A DNA stretch of 64,000 nucleotides from the NCBI GenBank assembly GCA_046540335.1, contig JBKHFH010000003.1:6954-70953 (forward strand), given 5' to 3'. The position numbers and the translations under genes are program-made. Shown piece after piece: positions 59,822 through 64,000 of this stretch. The notes under the pieces were generated by a model. The model ran no database searches. It was not told where the DNA came from and worked only from the letters and a program-made list of their open reading frames with translations. How positions within the stretch are numbered: position 1 is the first letter of the stretch; each line of letters opens with the position of its first letter. The DNA comes from Thermoplasmata archaeon. GTDB lineage: Archaea; Thermoplasmatota; Thermoplasmata; Halarchaeoplasmatales; Halarchaeoplasmataceae.

Positions 59822-59836
59822 TTTTTCAACCCTATC

Positions 59837-60115
59837 TTAGCCACCACCGATCGGCGGAAATACTGATATTTTATCTCCTTCTTTTAACTCAGTTTCTAGG
59901 CCGTTCAAGTAAGTTATATTTCTACCGTCCTTAATGACTGTTACGTTATCACTGAGCTCATTTTGGTCGCGATCCTTGAATATCAGATCATCTAACCTAG
60001 GATTTTTGTCAATCAGTTCTTTAAGAGCATCTTTGACCTTTTCAGCAGAAACGTGCAATTCCTTTTGACCGGCTTTTTCAGCCAAATTTGCAAACAGTTT
60101 TATTTTGACAGACAT
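59837..60115 (-). CDS. MoaD/SAMP-type small ubiquitin-like sulfur-carrier / modifier protein
   Basis: 92 aa, beta-grasp pattern, ends ...KEGDKISVFPPIGGG with the diglycine terminus. Confidence 0.7.
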   Translation of the reverse strand: MSVKIKLFANLAEKAGQKELHVSAEKVKDALKELIDKNPRLDDLIFKDRDQNELSDNVTVIKDGRNITYLNGLETELKEGDKISVFPPIGGG

Positions 60116-60141
60116 GGTAAATAAAAGCGGAAGAAGAGTTT

Positions 60142-61866
60142 TTAGTCCTCTCTAAAGACATTATCCAATTCTTCATCGGAAACATCGAACACTGTGTTGT
60201 GTGGCGGAAGTTCTTCTTTTTTCATAAACTCGGGCATCCTGTCGTCTTCTTTAGAGAAGCCCGCTGCTTTGTTAAACTCTCTCTCCATCTTTAGGATATC
60301 CATGCCCATCTCCATGACTTCTTCTGTGGAATAGTCGGTTCCCAAGACTCCATTTACAGTTTCTATCATCCCTTCCATTCCTTCGTTTATATCCATAGTT
60401 GCGAACGCGATGAATAAACAGTAGCCAGCTGTATCGATCATCGCGGTAGCCTGCTGAAGTGATTTAGAAAGATCCGCCTTTTCAGTATCCATCGGATCGG
60501 CTTCTCCACCGACGCCCATTATTTCTGGGGCGATAGCGTAACCAGCGGTGTGGTCCGCGCCCATCGGCGTAGTCGCATAAGTCACACCTATACCTTTTAT
60601 AGCTCTCGGATCATAAGCTGGCATGGCCTGACCCTTCACTGTTGGAATCCGGTTGACCCCGAACGCTTCTCCTGTGAATTCTGCTCCGTTCGCCAGTATT
60701 CTACCTAACGGCGTTTTATCGTAAATCTCGTCCATCAATTCTAAGGCTTTTTCACCGTCACCGAAATCTAAGAGACCGCCTTCCATCGCAACAGCTAAAG
60801 TATTTCCCGCCTCTATAGTATCTAGACCTAGATCGTTGCACGCACGGTTAAGTTCTCCTATAGTGTCTAAATCATAGATACCGCAGTTCGGACCTAGAGA
60901 CCAAACTGACTCGTATTCAAGAACCCCAACAGGATCTTCACCGCCTTCTTTCGTCCATATCTCCGAACACTGTATTATACAGCTAGGGCTGCACTTGTGC
61001 GGTCTTACACCGCCTCTCTCTTCGATAAGTTCTGCTTTCCTCTCACCGGAGACCTGCGATGATCTCTCGTCGCTGCCCTCTGAGAAATTCCTTTGGGGGA
61101 GGGCGCCGCTCTCGTTTATTATGTTTATAAGAACTGAAGTTCCGTAAGAATTCAATGCGCCGTCTTTTTTAGTGACGTCGTGTTCCATAAGAGCATTGGC
61201 CAATTTTTTTCGACCCTGATCGAATGTCTCTTTGTCCTTTATCTCTTTCTTGTTTTCATCTGTGTTAGCTGCGACAATAAATTTCAGACCTCGTGAAGCC
61301 ATCACAGCTCCTAGTCCTCCTCTGCCTGAATATCTGCTCGATCTTCCTTCCGGATCAGTGAATGCGATGCCGGCGTTTGAAGCATTCAGTTCGGCCGCAA
61401 TACCTGCTCCAGCTATCTCTATATCTTCTTCGAACTGTTCATGTAGTTCGACATAGGCGTCGTACAGTCCTTTTCCGACCCATTCGTCAGCCTCTATCAG
61501 TTCTTCCTTTCCATCTCCAACTTTTAAGAGATAGTACTTGTCTTTTTCCGGCTTACCTTCAACTATTATGGCTTTGATCCCGTTCCGGGCTAGATTCCGG
61601 GCGAATGGTGTTCCGGCATTAGATTCTTTTATTCCTCCTGTAAGAGGGGATTTACCTCCTGCTGAAAGTCTTCCTGAATTTGGTGCGCCGGTTCCCGTTA
61701 CTATCCCTGGTGCAAGAACTAGTTTATTGTTCGGTCCTAACGGATGTGCGTTGGGTGGGACCTCCTCTGATACTATAGTCGAGGTAAGGCCTCTTCCTCC
61801 TAATTTTTCATAATCCTCAGGGACTTCTTCTTCTTTAATCTCCAGGTTCTCCATATCGACTCTCAA
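60142..61866 (-). CDS. Aldehyde:ferredoxin oxidoreductase family tungsto/molybdopterin enzyme, second paralogue (FOR/GAPOR-like)
   Basis: GKSPLTGGIKESNAG pterin loop; N-terminal domain plus two pterin-binding domains; clearly divergent from the first aor (574 aa). Confidence 0.8.
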   Translation of the reverse strand: MRVDMENLEIKEEEVPEDYEKLGGRGLTSTIVSEEVPPNAHPLGPNNKLVLAPGIVTGTGAPNSGRLSAGGKSPLTGGIKESNAGTPFARNLARNGIKAIIVEGKPEKDKYYLLKVGDGKEELIEADEWVGKGLYDAYVELHEQFEEDIEIAGAGIAAELNASNAGIAFTDPEGRSSRYSGRGGLGAVMASRGLKFIVAANTDENKKEIKDKETFDQGRKKLANALMEHDVTKKDGALNSYGTSVLINIINESGALPQRNFSEGSDERSSQVSGERKAELIEERGGVRPHKCSPSCIIQCSEIWTKEGGEDPVGVLEYESVWSLGPNCGIYDLDTIGELNRACNDLGLDTIEAGNTLAVAMEGGLLDFGDGEKALELMDEIYDKTPLGRILANGAEFTGEAFGVNRIPTVKGQAMPAYDPRAIKGIGVTYATTPMGADHTAGYAIAPEIMGVGGEADPMDTEKADLSKSLQQATAMIDTAGYCLFIAFATMDINEGMEGMIETVNGVLGTDYSTEEVMEMGMDILKMEREFNKAAGFSKEDDRMPEFMKKEELPPHNTVFDVSDEELDNVFRED

Positions 61867-62986
61867 TATTTTTTCGGCTATTTTACCACCCGTCTTTTGG
61901 TATGGAATTATTAGCTATATATCTTTTGGATTTTTTCTTTTTCCTTTCTATATATACTCTTAATCCCGCTCTTTTACTCCTATCAATTACGTGCTTTTGG
62001 AAAGAACTTCTTCCGACGTAATCAGAAAATCAAAAACACATGTGTTGGTCGAAAAAGTGAAGAAGGTATCTAGACCTAAGAACATCCGTGACAAAGTCAG
62101 CTCGATTGGATTTTTAAAAGGAAAAACGCAGTACTGCTATCTGTGATCAAAGAGAGCGGAGTATCACGATTTATAACTAAATTGGCGAGAGCTAAAGGAG
62201 CTAGTCTGATCCTTATGCCCAAGAGAGGAAAAGGAGGTCTTATAGAATATCTTTGATATCACCGTTTATTTGGAGGTCTAGAATAGCCCATCTTCTTTAA
62301 TCTGATAAGACTCTTTATCAGTTTTCTAGTAACGTTGACTATCCTTTTCCTGCATCTTCTTTCGTAACAATCGGTCCTGTTAGTTTCATCGTACTCCATA
62401 TCCTGACTCCTCTTGTAGAATTTTATGTTGTTGTGCGTGTCTCTCAAATGCATGTTCAATGAAAGTAGTTCTTCAACGAGTTCAGGTTCAAAGTGTTCTG
62501 AATAACGAGTGTTAAATAAACTCTACAGGTCCTCTGCCTTCTCATAGAGGTGATCATCTTATCACCTGTCCAAAAATTCGTCTTTCATCAAATCGAGTAT
62601 TTCTTTATCGTTCTTCTCTAAAATTTTCTAGAAAAATCGATCTTCCTGTAAGTGTATAGAACCCTCTATATTGTCATTCATCTTTTTAGAGCAAGCTATA
62701 TCGGGTTGGAAATCGAATAATTTTCTAAGAACATCATCTCTTAGACTATGGACAGTCCTTCCCAAAGTGTACTCGATTTCCTCTTTTACGAGGCTCCATC
62801 TCTTCCTTTTTTGATTTCAATAGAAGCTGATATCTATGATAACTATAGTCAAAAAGACACCTAGAAGTGCTATAGTGATATCGATCTCGAAGTCTGCGTG
62901 ATATCCCAAAAGACACCTCCCACGATAATAGCAAAAACGATCATGAAGTAAGGGCCGAATGGTCTTCCCTTAATCCAAGACATCTT

Positions 62987-63313
62987 TCAACCTTGTTCTT
63001 CCTCTTCAGGTTTTTTAGCTTTCACGAACTCATGACGTTCTTTGTAAGCGGAGACGACCATCATGGAATTTGAATTCTCAACACCTTCGATATCAGGAAG
63101 TTCCAATGTTAGAAATCTCTTCATGTGGTCGTAGCTCTCGAAAGAGGCTTTTACAATGAAATCGAAATTCCCAGTGAGAAAGAGCACGTCTTCGATAAAT
63201 TTGTATTCTGAAAGTGTTTTACCGATCTCATCGGCCAAATCAGTGTCTGCTTTTATAGATATAAGAGCTTTGACGCCTTTTTGTTTTCTAGAAGAGTTCT
63301 TCTTTTTAGCCAT
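62987..63313 (-). CDS. Stand-alone Lrp/AsnC-type RAM (ligand-binding) domain protein with basic N-terminal tail
   Basis: KALISIKADTD...IEDVLFLTGNFDFIVKASFESYDHMKRFLTLELPDIEGVENSNSMMVV matches RAM-domain beta-alpha-beta-beta-alpha-beta consensus; no HTH. Confidence 0.55.
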   Translation of the reverse strand: MAKKKNSSRKQKGVKALISIKADTDLADEIGKTLSEYKFIEDVLFLTGNFDFIVKASFESYDHMKRFLTLELPDIEGVENSNSMMVVSAYKERHEFVKAKKPEEEEQG

Positions 63314-63381
63314 CTAAATCTATTAGTTTATATAAAGTATAAAAAGATTTTCTATGGTTAGTTTTCACCGCTCTCCAGATG

Positions 63382-63699
63382 TCAAAGCTTTTCTATCTCT
63401 TCCTTCCAGCTGTCAACCTCTTCGTCCTTCTGATCAGCGTCTTCATCAGCGATCTTTTCCTCTAGTTCACTCTCTACTAGACCGGGTACATTTTCAGATT
63501 CATTGTCTTCGTATTGGTCTGGATCCGCGATAAGGGTCCCGCATACTGAACATTCCTCTACACCGACAGATACTTTTTCATCACATTCCGGACAAATCTT
63601 CATGCTGCTCGGTCTCGGGAAAAAATCATAGTCTCTTCTGACAAGTTCGATCTGAGCCGCTAAAGAGAAAATTACAAGAGCTAAAAGGCCGAGCATCAA
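63382..63699 (-). CDS. Single-TM membrane protein with cytoplasmic Cys4 zinc ribbon and acidic tail
   Basis: N-terminal TM MMLGLLALVIFSLAAQI then CPECDEKV...CSVCG. Confidence 0.4.
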   Translation of the reverse strand: MMLGLLALVIFSLAAQIELVRRDYDFFPRPSSMKICPECDEKVSVGVEECSVCGTLIADPDQYEDNESENVPGLVESELEEKIADEDADQKDEEVDSWKEEIEKL

Positions 63700-64000
63700 T
63701 AATCCACTTCGTCAAGACTATGGAGAAGCTCTTCAATACCTAGAAGATCCCGACAGATACTACTGTCCAGAGTGCGATGAACTCAAATGAGATTTCATTT
63801 GATATATTTGAATATGTCTTCCAGACCCTACTTTTTTTGGACCTATCTCCTTTTATCTCATACAGGAATGTCACTATCTTCGAAGAGCAGGAAGGCAAAT
63901 ACAGATATTATCAAAGTCACGCTCAAAAGTAGTAGGAGATTCAATGGATGAACTACACCGTCCAAAAGCACAGAGTTGTAATCCCAATAATGGGATATAG

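Noticed and set aside
63700-64000. Plus-strand frame encoding ...DPDRYYCPECDELK, echoing the CPECDE zinc-ribbon of the adjacent minus-strand gene
   Set aside because: Short, no start codon, overlaps the 5' end or promoter of the 63382-63699 gene; could be a decayed duplicate but evidence is too thin.
1-64000. CRISPR arrays, rRNA genes
   Set aside because: No regularly spaced direct repeats and no rRNA-like conserved stretches were seen on either strand.

Overview
The window is a gene-dense archaeal chromosomal segment of about 42% GC, with short intergenic regions, frequent start/stop overlaps (ATGA couplings), AT-rich TATA-like promoters and T-tract terminators. Many genes are diagnostic of Archaea: Alba, Sec61-beta, Cgi121, bifunctional FBP aldolase/phosphatase, A/V-type ATPase subunit D, Rad50-Mre11, CDC48/VAT, Lhr helicase, a DRG GTPase and a SAMP/MoaD-like protein ending in GG. 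Predicted proteins are strikingly acidic (D/E-rich), which is consistent with a salt-in halophilic or marine archaeon; combined with the low GC and scattered operons, a DPANN/Nanohaloarchaeota-like or uncultured euryarchaeal origin is possible, but this is inference only. Functional themes are (i) tungsten/molybdopterin metabolism: two aldehyde:ferredoxin oxidoreductase homologues, a MOT1-type molybdate/tungstate permease, a MobB-FeS fusion and MoaD-like proteins; (ii) a Na+-pumping oxaloacetate decarboxylase operon (oadA-oadG-oadB) with birA and a cupin gene; (iii) DNA repair (rad50-mre11, lhr plus a metallophosphoesterase); and (iv) a 1782-aa membrane-anchored subtilisin / beta-helix / Ig-repeat surface protein. 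Three genes appear disrupted in informative ways: a relBE-like toxin-antitoxin pair whose toxin is frameshifted, a GNAT acetyltransferase frameshifted inside a (TC)6 repeat, and an HD-domain hydrolase with an in-frame TAA. The best candidate for an undescribed system is a cluster of three diverged paralogues with an Sm-like core next to a 398-aa helical-repeat protein and a G11 homopolymer. No rRNA, CRISPR array or convincing tRNA was found by eye.
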